64,000 bases of DNA, taken from contig OX597834.1 of assembly GCA_951406725.2 (NCBI GenBank), positions 21,390,001 to 21,454,000 on the forward strand. Direction: 5' to 3'. The notes under the pieces are model-generated. The model saw only the letters and a list, made by a program, of their open reading frames with translations, had not been told where the DNA came from and did no database searches. Below, piece after piece: positions 37,520 through 50,443 of the stretch. Made by a program: the position numbers and the translations under genes. Positions within the stretch are counted from its first letter, which is position 1; each line of letters opens with the position of its first letter. The DNA comes from Octopus vulgaris. Lineage: Eukaryota.

Positions 37520-37670
37520 TTGTTTCTTTCTTCACACTCTCTCCGTTTCTCATGCTCTCTGTCTCTTTGTGAGTCTCTTTCTTCTTCTCTCTTTCCATCT
37601 CTCTCCTCCCTCTCTCTCTCTCTCTCTCTCTCTACTCTCCCACCCACTCTCTCTCCTTTTCTCCCCCAGT
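37320..37670. repeat. (CT)n pyrimidine tract
   Basis: Directly visible. Confidence 0.9.
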
Positions 37671-37765
37671 GTATATCGATTCTTTCCAAATTTAATTTTT
37701 TTATACATACACATATTCTTCTTCAATCACTGGATCACGAGAAAACTAACAATTCATTTAGTATT

Positions 37766-37799
<34 letters not shown>

Positions 37800-38254
37800 T
37801 TATTATTATTATTATTAATAATAATAATTCTAGTTATTAATCAAGTTTTTTTTTTCCGGTGTGATAGCAATCAGTAGACAAAACCAAGAAATCAAAGAGA
37901 ACAAACCAACAAACCAACAAACATACAAACAAAAATGCCAACTTTCAAAGACGACAGAGGAAATATCTTTTCAGTCTTTGTGACCAAATTCTTTATCTTC
38001 CACTTTATTTTATTTTTTATTTTTTAATTTTGTTTACTTGTTTATTTGTTTGCTTGTGTGTGTGTGTGTGTGTGTGTGTGAATTCATTTCTTTTTTCTTG
38101 TTTGTTTTCAAAACTTCAATTTTCCAAATCATTTGTTTTATATTTATATGGCGTAAAAAATTTTTTTAAAAATCTTTCTCGTTATAAGTTGTATTATATT
38201 TATTCTAATTTATTATTGTTATTATCAATTAATTAATTATATATACATATCTTT

Positions 38255-38267
38255 ATGTGTGTGTATA

Positions 38268-38306
<39 letters not shown>

Positions 38307-38450
38307 GCATGTGTGTGTGTGTATATATATATATATGTATATATGTATATATATACTCATTCATTCTTATTATATATATATATATTTGTGCATGTGTGTA
38401 TGTGTATATATATATGTATATGTGTATATATATACTCATTAATTCATTCT

Positions 38451-38488
<38 letters not shown>

Positions 38489-38632
38489 GCATGTGTGTAT
38501 GTGTATATATATATGTATATATATACTCATTAATTCATTCTTATTATATATATATATATATATATATATTTTTGCATGTGTGTATGTGTATATATATATG
38601 TATATATGTATATATATACTCATTAATTCATT

Positions 38633-38670
<38 letters not shown>
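38255..38670. repeat. TA-rich minisatellite, about 4 units
   Basis: Recurring TTTGTGCATGTGTGTATGTG...TACTCATTAATTCATTCTTA. Confidence 0.85.
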
Positions 38671-38676
<6 letters not shown>

Positions 38677-39556
38677 ACCATCAACACCACCTCCTCTCTT
38701 TTTCCTTCCTCTTTTTCTAAGAATTCATTAAGGTGATTGCCGGAGAGTAAAACTAGCAATTGCAATTATATTCTTTCGTGAATTCATGAAGGCAATTCTA
38801 GCTGTGTTCCAAAAGAAAAATCTACCAAAGTAGGAAGAATTTAGAATTTCTGTGCCGCTTTATGCAGGATAATTTCAATATTTTTCTCATATTCTTCAAC
38901 AGGAATTATTCCACAACATGAGCTTTAAAAGGGGGCGGAAGGTGGAGAAGAAGGAAGGCGAAAAAGGGGTTGATTTATTCAAATTCACAAGCAGGAAATT
39001 GATCCAAACACGAAAGGAATAAAAGTAAAAAGAGAAAAACGAACGAAGCGATTTTTTTATATTTTTCAAAGAGCCTTTCTTATCGTTAGGGAAGAAAATG
39101 CGGAAACGCGGCAACGGTGTACATAATAGAAGGGAATTTATGAGGTCTTATGTATCGATTATTTCAATTAAGAGATCGATATTTAAGATAAATGCGTGTA
39201 AGAAGCAAGGAGAACAAGAAAAGAGACAGAGAGAGAGTGAAGGGGGAGGAGTAGTTAAATGCAAACGTTGTATGGGAGATAACTCTAGATGGACTACGGA
39301 GAAATTTATTGGTTTCTTAGGATCTTATCAAACATCAGTTCGGAAAAAAAAATTCGATTTGATAGACATGTGACTTCGTGATTTTTGACAAGGGTGTTTA
39401 CCAGAATTTTTTTGTGGTTTTTCTGGTTGTCGTTTGTATTCTTATTAAACGTATTTTCCTTCAGTCTTGTAATCCTTTCCTTTCGAACCGTCAAGTGAGG
39501 AAGAAGAAAGGAATAAATAAAAAAAAAACATCTTATTAATTTTTATTTCCCTACTT

Positions 39557-39593
<37 letters not shown>

Positions 39594-39901
39594 TTATTAT
39601 TTTATTTTTATATTTATTTACTTATTTGTATTAAAGTAAAAAGAAAGAATTCTTTAATAGGAATTAAACCGTATGGTTATACAGACAAGAAGAAGAAATA
39701 TCCACCACAGCACCTCCTACAAACTCACCCCACCCACCCCCTAAAAATTTAATAAAATGAAGAAAGAAAGAAAGAAAGAAGGAAAGGAAAGAAGAAAAAG
39801 CTTAGCATTATCTTGATGACGATATTTCGAAATTTCTGTCAGACACCTTTCGGAATGACTAATGAGATAATAATAGCAGACCACAAGAGTACCGATCGAG
39901 G

Positions 39902-39945
<44 letters not shown>

Positions 39946-39979
39946 TATATATATATATATATATATATAACACACACAC

Positions 39980-40048
<69 letters not shown>

Positions 40049-40789
40049 TGCATATGTGTGTATGTGTATGTGTGTGTGTAATACAAAAAAATGAAATAGA
40101 CCAACTCTTTCATACATAATCGATTCTGTTCCACATTTTTACGTGTATATACATACATACATATGTATGTAAATGTGTGTGTGTGTATGTATTTATATAT
40201 ACATACATACACATATATGTATGCATTTGTGTCTGTGTGTGTATATTTATATATTTATATATACATATATACAAACATATATATGCGTGTGTGTGTATAT
40301 ATATTTATATATTTATATATACATATATACACACATATATATATGCGTGTGTGTGTGATCTTATCTTGGTGATCAAAGATTGAAGGTAAGGCCTACTTGT
40401 ATGAGTTTTAACACCTTTATGCCACCTTCAAACAAATATTACCGAGTCGTTCCTTATAAGGAAAGCTGAAAATGAAAGTGTGTGTGTGTGTCTGTGTGTG
40501 TGTGTGTGTGTCTGTGTGTGTGTGTGTGCGTGCGTGCATTTGTGTGTGTGAGTGTGAGTGTGTGTGTATGTGCATGTGTATGTGTATGTGTATATGTGTG
40601 TACAGCTGAAATAATTGGTTAAATAGCTTTAATTTTCATTGCAGACACTACATACATAGTAATAACAATAACGATAAAAATAATAAGAAGAAGAAGAATA
40701 ACAATAATAATGATAAATAAATATATTAAAAAATAAGGGTGAGAAATATTGATTATGATAATGTGTAGAAGGTGAAGAATGTAGTGATG

Positions 40790-40791
40790 TG

Positions 40792-40830
<39 letters not shown>

Positions 40831-40897
40831 GTATGTATATGTATGTATGTATATATATATATATGTATGTATATATATATATGTATGTATATGTATG

Positions 40898-40928
<31 letters not shown>

Positions 40929-41026
40929 ATATATATATATGTATATATATATACATATATATATATATATGTATGTATATGTATGTATATATATATATAT
41001 GTATGTATATATATATGTATGTATGT

Positions 41027-41059
<33 letters not shown>

Positions 41060-41088
41060 ATATGTATGTATATATATATGTATGTATG

Positions 41089-41121
<33 letters not shown>

Positions 41122-41187
41122 ATATGTATGTATATATGTATGTATATATATATGTATGTATATATGTACATATATGTATGTATATAC

Positions 41188-41226
<39 letters not shown>

Positions 41227-41310
41227 TGTATGTATATTTATATGTATGTATATATGTGTATATATATATATGCATGTATATATATATATGCATATATATA
41301 TATATGTACA
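40790..41310. repeat. (TA)n/(TATG)n microsatellite
   Basis: Directly visible. Confidence 0.95.
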
Positions 41311-41904
41311 CACACTTGCATTCACACACGCACACATTGGTTGTAGTAGGTGATTCCAGCAGAAATGGAAAGGACCGTAATTAAAGTTAGGTACTCAATA
41401 CATCAATTAGAGTGTATGTTAATTTATTTAATTAATCAATTAGTGACTCTTATGAAACAGGTTTTGTTACATTCAATGCATTCGTGGAGAATCACACACA
41501 CACTTAGACACATATACATACATATGCAGACACACACACATATATTCTTCATCATCATCATCATCATCACCACCACATCCACCTTTCCAAACTTTCGTAG
41601 GATGAAGGGAGTCTCCTTGAGGCAGATTTTCTACAGTTGGATGCTCATTCTATTGCCAACCCTTATTTGCTTCCTTCCAAGCTGGGAAATATCCCCAGTG
41701 GCCAGACATGTTTCTGTGGAAGACTGGAAATGTAGTCAACACACACACGGGGTCTTCTAGAGAAATTCTGCCAGATAGAAACCCTTCCACCCTCAAATTC
41801 CATTGTTGCTTTTGATTTTTTTTTTTAGGCTTGTGGGTATGTCCGACAGAGCTTTCATAAAAGTCTAAATCAACCAGAAAAAAATGGAGTCAGTCTTCCG
41901 TGGT

Positions 41905-42106
41905 GAAAGGTAATCCTAACAAGAAAGCACAAAAAACAACAACGCGAGGACGTGGAATAAATATAGTATTATTGGACGCTCAGGAAAGAAGGAAAGAAGG
42001 AGGGTTTAACATTTTGAGCGGAGCTCTTCGTCGAAAACATAGGAGAAGGAAAGATCCAGAGAAGGGAAGACGGAGGAAAAAAAATTGCCAACGGTACACA
42101 CGTGGT
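41905..42106 (-). mobile_element. Penelope-like terminal remnant F2 with hammerhead-like motif
   Basis: Minus strand GTTT-TCGACGA-A-GAGC-TCC-GCTC-AAAAT-GTT-AAAC; related copies at 44565 and 45095. Confidence 0.5.
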
Positions 42107-42241
42107 AATATCTTTTTGCTTTGAGTGTGGTAAGAGAAGGGCATCTAGCTACGGAGAATCAGCCTCGACAAATTTCTTTTGACCCATGCAAGTTTTGAAA
42201 AGCAGACATGTGATTTTGTTGTCATCTCAGTGATCAAGATC

Positions 42242-42395
42242 TGAAGACACATGGCTCAGTGGTAAGAGCACTGGGCTCACAATCATACAGTTGTGAGTTT
42301 GATTCCCAGACCAGGTTGAGTACTGTGTGTTCTTGAGCAAGCCACCTGATTTCACTTCACTTCAGTTCACTCAGCTGTAGAAATAAGCTGCAACT
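42242..42395 (+). mobile_element. SINE family D head
   Basis: TGGCTCAGTGGTAAGAGC...GAGTTTGATTCCCAGACC...TTCTTGAGCAAG...CACTCAGCTGTAGAAAT. Confidence 0.7.
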
Positions 42396-43210
42396 CTAAG
42401 AACATTTGTTGGCCTACACAAAACCCTTTTTACCTGTGGAGAGAAGTGACCCATATTAATCTGTCCAGTATGGTAGGCCCTACCAGTAGCTGGCACTCCC
42501 CTAGCGTAACCCTCAGGGTCACTAGGGCACACAAACGACTAAATGTTATAGTAAACATGCATTACATGGATATTGAATAAACTGAGAAAATTTTTCAAAA
42601 GGGTCCTGTTATGGAAACCCATGGGGTTTCGCAAAAGTCTGATACAATTAGAAAAAAAAAATTAAAATAGGGGTCAGTGTTAATGTACAGTGAATATATT
42701 AAAATAGGTTGAGAGAACCTAAGTAATTAGCAATGCATGCATTAAATGGGGGAGAGTGGGCGAGAAAGCCTAGACAATGGAAAGTTATAATGGGTAACAA
42801 ACATAAATTATGAGGGGTTTCATAAGCCAGGGAAATGCAGAAAGGGTCTTTCATGACAAATAATGGAGATGTGTTACATGTATTGTAAACGCCTGCTTGA
42901 AGCACTGCAGCAGATTAATATGATTGACTAATTAATGCATCGTCAATTGTAAGACGGACTGTAGGAATTTTAATAATGCAAACTCTGTGTCCTCAACACT
43001 AATGAAAACAACTGTGTAGACATAGATCTAATTAGTTAAATTAATTCACAGATGTCTTGTCTTCGGAGCAGACATTACACATGTACAATGTGTGTGTGTG
43101 TCTGTGTGTGTGTGAGAGAGAGAGAGAGAGAGTAAAGATACAAAGAGATGAAACGTGTTTATGTAAATTGGAAAATGGAGTTGTTTTCTGTATGTGTGTG
43201 CGTGTGCGTA

Positions 43211-43244
<34 letters not shown>

Positions 43245-43508
43245 TGTGTGACTGAGAATGAGAGAGTCTAACCAGAAAGAAATATATTAATTTAAGAGTC
43301 TGTGTATACAATTCTGAAGATATATCCATTAATATGCTTGTACATTTAAGAAAAAAGTGTGTGTGTATATGTATATATATATATATATATGTATGTATAA
43401 ATGTATGCATACTGTATATATGCGTATGTGTATACGTATTAAATATATATATATATTTATATAGATATACATATATTTATATATGTATATATATGTGTGT
43501 GTGAGAGT

Positions 43509-43553
<45 letters not shown>

Positions 43554-44112
43554 CGTATATGAATTTGTAGAAGAAAATATATATCTGTGCGTTTATATGT
43601 TATATATGTGTGTAAATGTGTAAAAGTAACTATACATATATGAGTATATATACTTATAGATATATACTCATGTAAAAAGAAATAAATGTATGTATACATA
43701 TATACATATGTGGGAGTGAATGTGTGTATATATATATATATGCGCACAAACACACACACACACATACATACATATGTACAAATGTACATATACGAGATGA
43801 TTATGTGTATATTTATATATATAGAGAGAGACAGTTGTATGGAGACATGAATATACGAGACATCAATTTAGGTCTTTTAATAAATGAGCAATGCAAAACA
43901 GTGCCATACAATTGACCATTTTACAGAGTTAAAGAATCAGAAAGAAAATATGATTAAAGACTTTCTAAGTTTTATGTTTTGTGAAGAATTGGTAATTCCA
44001 TTTATGATCTCCTCTAAGTTATGAATGGTCATATTCAATACGATAAGTTCTTTTCTGTCCAAATCATGTGTTCGTGCCTGTGTGTGTTGTAAGCGTTTGA
44101 TGATATTTAGGA

Positions 44113-44275
44113 ATAGGTCTGGCTGTGTGGTTAAGAAGCTCAATTTGCAACCATGTGGTTTTGGGTTCAGTCCCACAGTGCAGCACCTTGGGCAGGTACT
44201 TTTTACTACAGCCCCAGGCTGACCAATGCCCTGTGAGGGAATCTGATTGGCAGAAACTGTGAGAGGGGTTTCAGA
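44113..44275 (+). mobile_element. SINE family A head
   Basis: TGGCTGTGTGGTTAAGAAGC...GGGTTCAGTCCCAC. Confidence 0.75.
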
Positions 44276-44305
44276 TATATATATATATGTATACATAAAT
44301 ATATA

Positions 44306-44351
<46 letters not shown>

Positions 44352-44353
<2 letters not shown>

Positions 44354-44540
44354 AAGGGAAAGTTTACGAAAATAAGCAAAAGACGAAGGCAGGTGGTGTA
44401 CAAACAAACAAATGTATTAGTATAGCGCTCAGGAATAGAAAAAGTCTTTTACGTTTCGAGCCTATGCTCTTCTACAGAAAGATACACAGAAAAAAACAAG
44501 GAGAGAAAAAAAATGTGTGTAGTAGCTAACGATCTATCAT
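44352..44540 (-). mobile_element. F1 Penelope-like remnant, best-preserved hammerhead-like motif
   Basis: Minus strand of 44445-44482: TCTTT-CTGTAGA-A-GAGC-ATAG-GCTC-GAAACGTA-AAAGA; embedded in TA tract. Confidence 0.6.
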
Positions 44541-44564
44541 ATATATGTACATGTATAAATATAT

Positions 44565-44775
44565 ACAAGTGCACGTGGACTGTAGGCAATTTTTCCTTAT
44601 TTTTCCTTCATTCTCTTTGGACTTTCCTGTTTCTGACAAAGAGCTATGCTTGAAATGTTAACAACAACTCTCTCCCTTCACCAAGCATCAAATTAATATA
44701 TTTCTTGTGCATGTCCTCACATTCAATTTTTTCCTTTTTTCTTTTTCCTGTCTTTTGATTGTTTATTTGAATTGA
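44565..44775 (+). mobile_element. F2-related remnant
   Basis: GTTT-CTGACAA-A-GAGC-TAT-GCTT-GAAAT-GTTAAC; deviations from the consensus are CpG-type transitions. Confidence 0.45.
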
Positions 44776-44780
44776 CTATA

Positions 44781-44857
<77 letters not shown>

Positions 44858-44859
<2 letters not shown>

Positions 44860-45458
44860 TTTTACTTGTTTCAGTTATTTTGACTGTAGCCATGTTAGAG
44901 CACTACCTTGGAAAATATTTGTTTATTAAGGCTATCATTGGTTTCATGTTAAGAAAAATATCTTCATACCTTAACAATTTTTCAAGCCAATCACATGGAG
45001 GAATGGTGTTCGTCTCCATTTTGGATAAAAACACAAAAACTTATCTGCCTATGTGGTATTGAACGCTGTTTAACATTTATGCATATATATATATGTGATT
45101 TTTTTTCCTCCATCTTCCCTTCTTAGGATCTTTCTTTTCCCATGTTTCTAACAAGGAGCTCCGCTCGAAACATTAAATCCTCCTTCTTTCTTGAGCGTCC
45201 AATAATACATACTTGTTCCACGTCCTCGCGTTGTTGTGTTTTCTCTTTGTGTTTTCATGTTTGGATTAACTTTATATATGCATACGATAGGTTTTAACAC
45301 AGTTTCTGTCAATCAAATTCTTTCACAACTCATTAGTCAGCCCAGTGCTAGAGCCAGGACTAGAAGACACTTTCTCAAGGTTCCACACAGTAGGATCAAA
45401 CCCAAAACCACATGATTGTTAAGCAAACTTCTTAACCACACACACACCCATACCTGCA
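44858..45458 (-). mobile_element. Old family A pieces enclosing an F2 remnant (45095-45272 +)
   Basis: A tail at 44858-44908, A head at 45285-45458; F2 motif GAGCTCCGCTCGAAACATTAAATCC between them. Confidence 0.6.
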
Positions 45459-46159
45459 TCTTTATGACAAACAGATTCAGCTGCTATTTCTTGGTAGCAG
45501 GTTAAGCAACCACGAATGATGATGATGATGATGATAGAGAGCTCCCTCCTTCAGGAATTGCATAATGTAGTTGATATAACAACAAACGAGGCCCCTCCTT
45601 AACAATTACAACAAAACAAACGCTAAAACAAAAACATGTAAGGCCTCTTTGTATCTGTTTTGGAATCATTGCTTTTTTGTTATTTCTTCTCTAATTCCAT
45701 GTTGTTCTTCTCCATCATAATATCTCTTGGAGTTATAGAATCGGTCTGGTCATCAATAGTGATTCTTTGCCTTGTCTCTAAACCAATTATTCGCTCATAA
45801 TTGAACACCAAACTTAATAACATATTGATGATGTTATTGTATTATTGACGGAGATCAATTTGTTTTCCGCGCCAATATTCCTGGTATTTTTGCCTGATGT
45901 TGTGTTCTGACCATCCTTTTATTGAATAATGAACAAGGGAGCTAAAAAAAAAAAAAAAGACAAAAGCATTAAAGATCAATATAAGCAAAAAAAAAGAAAA
46001 GAAATGAACACACACAAAAACAAAAAAGAAAAATTCCACAAAACAACAAAGAACCAAAGATTCTACTATCTTCAGTATTCCTCAATTCTTGTACCAAAGT
46101 TGCTTCAAAATGGTGGCATCTTATTTCTATAGATCTGAGTTCTCATTTTATTCATTCCA

Positions 46160-46575
46160 ACTTTCTTTGTACAAACCTGTCTGAGACTGTCCCTGTTTCT
46201 AAAACACAAACTTCCTGTTTTAATGAGGTCTAAATTAAAACCTTCCTTCTAAATTTCTTGTTAATTTATGTTCCAAACACCAGTTCAGTAAGACAGAATT
46301 ATTTTACTAAATTCTTCATTGTTGAAAAAAAAAATAATCGGAACAAAGTCTGAGACTAACCCTGGTTCTAAAATACAAATTCCCTGTTCAAATGTGAACT
46401 ATATCAAAACCTTCCATCAAAATTCCATGTTAATTTACATTAATTTATGTTAATTTATATTAATTTATGTTAATTTATGTTCCAAACACCAGATTAAATT
46501 ACAACAATGTTATTTTAGAAAAGTTTTCATTATTTTCAGAATAAAAGTGTATTTCAAGGGACATGTATTTCTAAT
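46160..46575. mobile_element. TTAA-type MITE family 2, two tandem partial copies
   Basis: GTCTGAGACT...TCTAAAA.ACAAA.TTCCTGTT...AATTTATGTTCCAAACACCAG occurs twice. Confidence 0.6.
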
Positions 46576-46833
46576 AAATCAATAGATCAATGATTGAAAT
46601 CAGTTTAATTATGTGGCCATGCTGGGACACCACCTTGAAGAACTGGTCATAGTGATGTAGTGGTTGTGGTACTGGTGGTGGTGGTGGTCATCGTCATGGT
46701 GTTGGTGGTAGTGTTGGGGATGGTGGTGGTGGTGAAGGTTGTAGTGGTGGAGGTGTTGGTACCTTCCTTCCACTTTAAAATAAAGAAATCCCTATCTAAA
46801 ACTGTCTGAGAGTGCCAGGTAGGGGATGCAACC

Positions 46834-46847
46834 GTTTCCATGGTAAC
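46834..46847. promoter_or_regulatory. RFX X-box
   Basis: GTTTCCATGGTAAC matches the palindromic consensus GTTNCCATGGNAAC exactly, in non-TE sequence. Confidence 0.45.
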
Positions 46848-47632
46848 TGTCAACAAACAGCAGCAGCAACACTGCAACCACCAAAAACAACATCAACATC
46901 ACTAACAATACAAAACTAAAAATTAATAATAAAACAAAAAACAAAATAAAACTAATAAACAAGCAACAAACACAAACCATCTTGCCTTCCAGCTGTGAAG
47001 ACGTCCCTTTTTTTTACCCCCTCTTCATTTTTTTTCTATAAGGTTTAAAATCCCTATTTTTATATTTTTATTTGTTTTTAATTTTCTGTTGGTAGGGGGT
47101 GGGTAACAGGGAAGAGGAAATTTTTTTTTAGTTTGTCTTAGTTTTTTTTTTTTTTGGAGTGGGTGGTCGTGGATGGTGCTGTGTAGGCGGCGCGTGGTTC
47201 ATGGATTGTGGCTTGTGCCTCATGCGTGGCAGCTCAATGGCTTTATTGGTAGAGGGCTCCCTGTTAAACTTTGCTGTATATATATATATATCTCTGTCTC
47301 TGTATATATAATAAGCAACAGAGCCCAGAGAAGGGGCTCCACTGCCCTTCCACACCCGCCCTGCCCTGGTCCAGCAATCTATTAACTAATACCAGGTGTG
47401 AAATGTTTCTTGCATAGTTTCGCTGTGCCCCTTCCCTCCCTCCGTTTTTTTAAGGAAGCAGGGGATGTGATGTAGTAATTGGAGCAAAGGCTCATGGGAA
47501 AACATTGCAGATTGGAGGAAACAGCAGAGAAAAGAAAGGAAGGAAGGAAGGAAGAAAAGAACTGTAGCACTGACAATGGCAACAATGAAACTAAAACTAA
47601 TAATAATAATAATAATAATAATAATGATGATC

Positions 47633-47848
47633 CTCCCTTCTGTTATAGGCACAAGACCTGGAACTTTGGGGGAGGGGGATTGTCGGTTTCATCGACCCCA
47701 GTGCATAACTGGTACTTATTTCATCGACCCTGAAAGGATGAAAGGCAAAGCTGACCTCAGCAGAATTTGAACTCAGAACATAAAGATTGACGAAATGCTG
47801 CTTAGCATTTTGCCTGGTCTGCTAACAATTCTGCCAGCTCACCTCCTT
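47633..47848 (-). mobile_element. SINE family B
   Basis: ACTGGTACTTATTTCATCGACCCTGAAAGGATGAAAGGC...TTCTGCCAGCTCACCTCCTT. Confidence 0.8.
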
Positions 47849-47853
47849 GAGCC

Positions 47854-47917
<64 letters not shown>

Positions 47918-47934
47918 CAACAATCATAATAATG

Positions 47935-47971
<37 letters not shown>

Positions 47972-47973
<2 letters not shown>

Positions 47974-48424
47974 TAGCGGCAAAAGAATTTGACAAGATTA
48001 GTAAATATAAAGACCTGCTAATAGAAATTGAAAAAATGTGGCATCTCAAGGCGACTACAGTACCTGTAGGAATGATAAAAAAAAGGTACTGAAACCTATT
48101 TGAAAATGATTCCAGGCTTACCATCCCTACAGGAAGTGCAAAAAATTGTATTAACTGGAACGGCTCATGTACTGAGAAGAGCACTATTACTGTGAAAATA
48201 ATATCCATCCATGAATTTATTTATTTATTAATTTTTAAATACATATTTTATCTGTGAATTTGCACGTGTAATCTGGGAAAGCATACAATGCCCTTCTCTG
48301 CCCTAGGTGTGTGGAAAGCGCTCGGCGAGAAACAGAAGAAAATTTGAAGAAAGAAGAAAAAAACATAATACTAATAATAATAATAATGATAATAGTAATA
48401 ATAATAGTAATAATAATAATAATA
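47972..48424 (+). mobile_element. 5'-truncated R4/Dong-type (RLE) LINE, frameshifted
   Basis: IAAKEFDKISKYKDLLIEIEKMWHLKATTVPVGMIK / KGTETYLKMIPGLPSLQEVQKIVLTGTAHVLRRALLL* (frameshift in an A-run, stop at 48193-48195), typical of an RLE-domain C-terminus; 3' UTR follows; long (TAA)n on both sides. Confidence 0.85.
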
Positions 48425-48435
48425 CTTTTTTTTAT

Positions 48436-48840
48436 TGGCCACCAGTTGTCAAACACTGTTGGTTGGCATGGATCTGCCTCTTCAGGTTCCAAGCTGCAGG
48501 CCCACTGACTTCTCCTGGTTGATCATTGCTCCTGTCACCGCTTCATATTCCCTTAGGGCAAAGCTGACCGTCTCGATTTCCGAGATGTCTGACACTATTG
48601 CAGGGACATCATCTGCATACGCTGACACAAACCTTTCGCATTCTAGTTCATACAGGATGCCCCTTGAAACATCCAGCTTCTGCAGTAATGGCTTAAGTGC
48701 CAGTACATAGAGAAAGGGTGACAGCAGGCATCCTTGATAGACTAAACATGAGATGCTAAACAATTGTGAGAGGTGGCCATTTACTTTGAACACTGGGCAG
48801 ATGTCACTGCACACTGCAGTGATCCATTGACTCACCTGTA
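48436..48840 (-). mobile_element. L1/Tx1-clade reverse transcriptase fragment, decayed
   Basis: VNGHLSQLFSISCLVYQGCLLSPFLYVLALKPLL...SAYADDV...YEAVTGAMINQEKS: degraded RT motifs (R)QGCPLSP, YADD and G..IN..KS; in-frame stop after LGT. Confidence 0.9.
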
Positions 48841-49208
48841 ATCTCCCTCGTCAGTTTCATATGAAATGGTTTGTTAAATACACCCTTCCTCCATACTTTC
48901 CAGGAATATCATCTCTTTTAGCAGAATTTCGAAACTGTATTGACTTTGTTCCAGAATATTCTGCATAATTTTTTAATTCTGTTTTTGCTTTGCTTTGTTT
49001 CGTTTTTTTAATTTGTTTTCTTAAGAACCATTTTTGTGGAATAATAGCTAAATGAATAAGTCTTTGATTAAATTTTGGAAAGATTTTGAAATGGAACTCG
49101 TTAGTGGCAGAATGGAACGATGGATGGGCAAGCAAAACAAAATAAACACCAGCTATTTGAATATATATATACATATATATATATATATAAACATATATAC
49201 ACACACAT

Positions 49209-49244
<36 letters not shown>

Positions 49245-49561
49245 CTGTATATAAATGTATGTATGTATGTGTGTATGTACATGAATGTGTGTAAACATAT
49301 AATGTATATATTTATACATACACACACTCACATGTACACACACACACACACAGAGTCACTGACACATGCACATATATTTTTATTTATTTATTTTTATTTT
49401 ATTTTATCTAGTTTTAGCTCACGAGCTGAGGCCATGCTGGGGCACTGCCATTTGGTGTTGCTTCATGATTTTACTTCACAAAATGCTTTTTAGCTTTTTA
49501 GCGATTGCCATTTGGTGCATATATATGTATGTTTATTAATACATACATACAGACATCTAGG

Positions 49562-49658
<97 letters not shown>

Positions 49659-50079
49659 TTCTGGAATGCTTGTACATTTTTGTAGTTCATTGTTGTTTGT
49701 ATTTTGTAGATTATGTTGTTGTTGTTGTTGTTGCTGCTGCTTCTGTTGCAGTCATTGCTGATGATGATGGTGATGATGATGTTGATGATATATAAGCAAG
49801 CGTACGTGAGAAGATCATTGTAGATAAAACTTCATTAAGTCGATAGATATTCCTGAGTAGCTTCAGATTCTGTGAATGTGTCACAGATTGAAAGCCATCC
49901 ACTTGGGGATGTTATCTTGTCTACATACATATATGCATGTGTGTATGCATATGTATGTCTGTGTGTGCATACATACATAGATACTCATACATGTGTGCAC
50001 ATGTAGATAGATAGACAGATAGACAGTCAGACAGAAACATGGCCAGGCAGATAGGCAGAGATTCTGCCAGCTCACTGCC

Positions 50080-50307
50080 TTAACCCTTTAGCATTTAAAC
50101 CAGCCATATCCGGCCAAAAGTATTCTGCCTGTTTTATGGTCAAACTGGCCAGATCTAGTCTCTTACACCAACCCTACAATATTGTTTTAAAAATTAACAG
50201 CTACCTCATTAAAATCTCATAGCTACAAGATAATGCATGATTAATTCAAAACAAAGTGGATGAAGAAGCATTCATTTTGGCAGAATAATGCGAACACTAA
50301 AGGGTTA
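50080..50307 (+). mobile_element. piggyBac-type MITE family 1, uninterrupted
   Basis: TTAA-CCCTTTAGC...CACTAAAGGG-TTAA. Confidence 0.85.
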
Positions 50308-50319
50308 ATAAGGATAATA

Positions 50320-50443
50320 ACCCTTTCTGTTAGAGGCACAAGGCCTGAAATTTGGAGGAGGAGATAGTCGGTTCAATCCACCCCAGCACTCAACTGATAC
50401 TTATTTCATTGACCCTGAAAGGATGAAAGGCAAAGCTGACCTC
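50320..50443 (-). mobile_element. Family B fragment
   Basis: CTGATACTTATTTCATTGACCCTGAAAGGATGAAAGGCAAAGCTGACCTC. Confidence 0.7.

Noticed and set aside
39150-39182. DRE-like TATCGAT motifs
   Set aside because: Only 7/8 matches to TATCGATA; too weak to call.
48482-48835. Functional RT, or a retron/DGR-type system
   Set aside because: Short decayed fragment with damaged motifs and a stop; the motifs fit eukaryotic L1/Tx1 LINEs.
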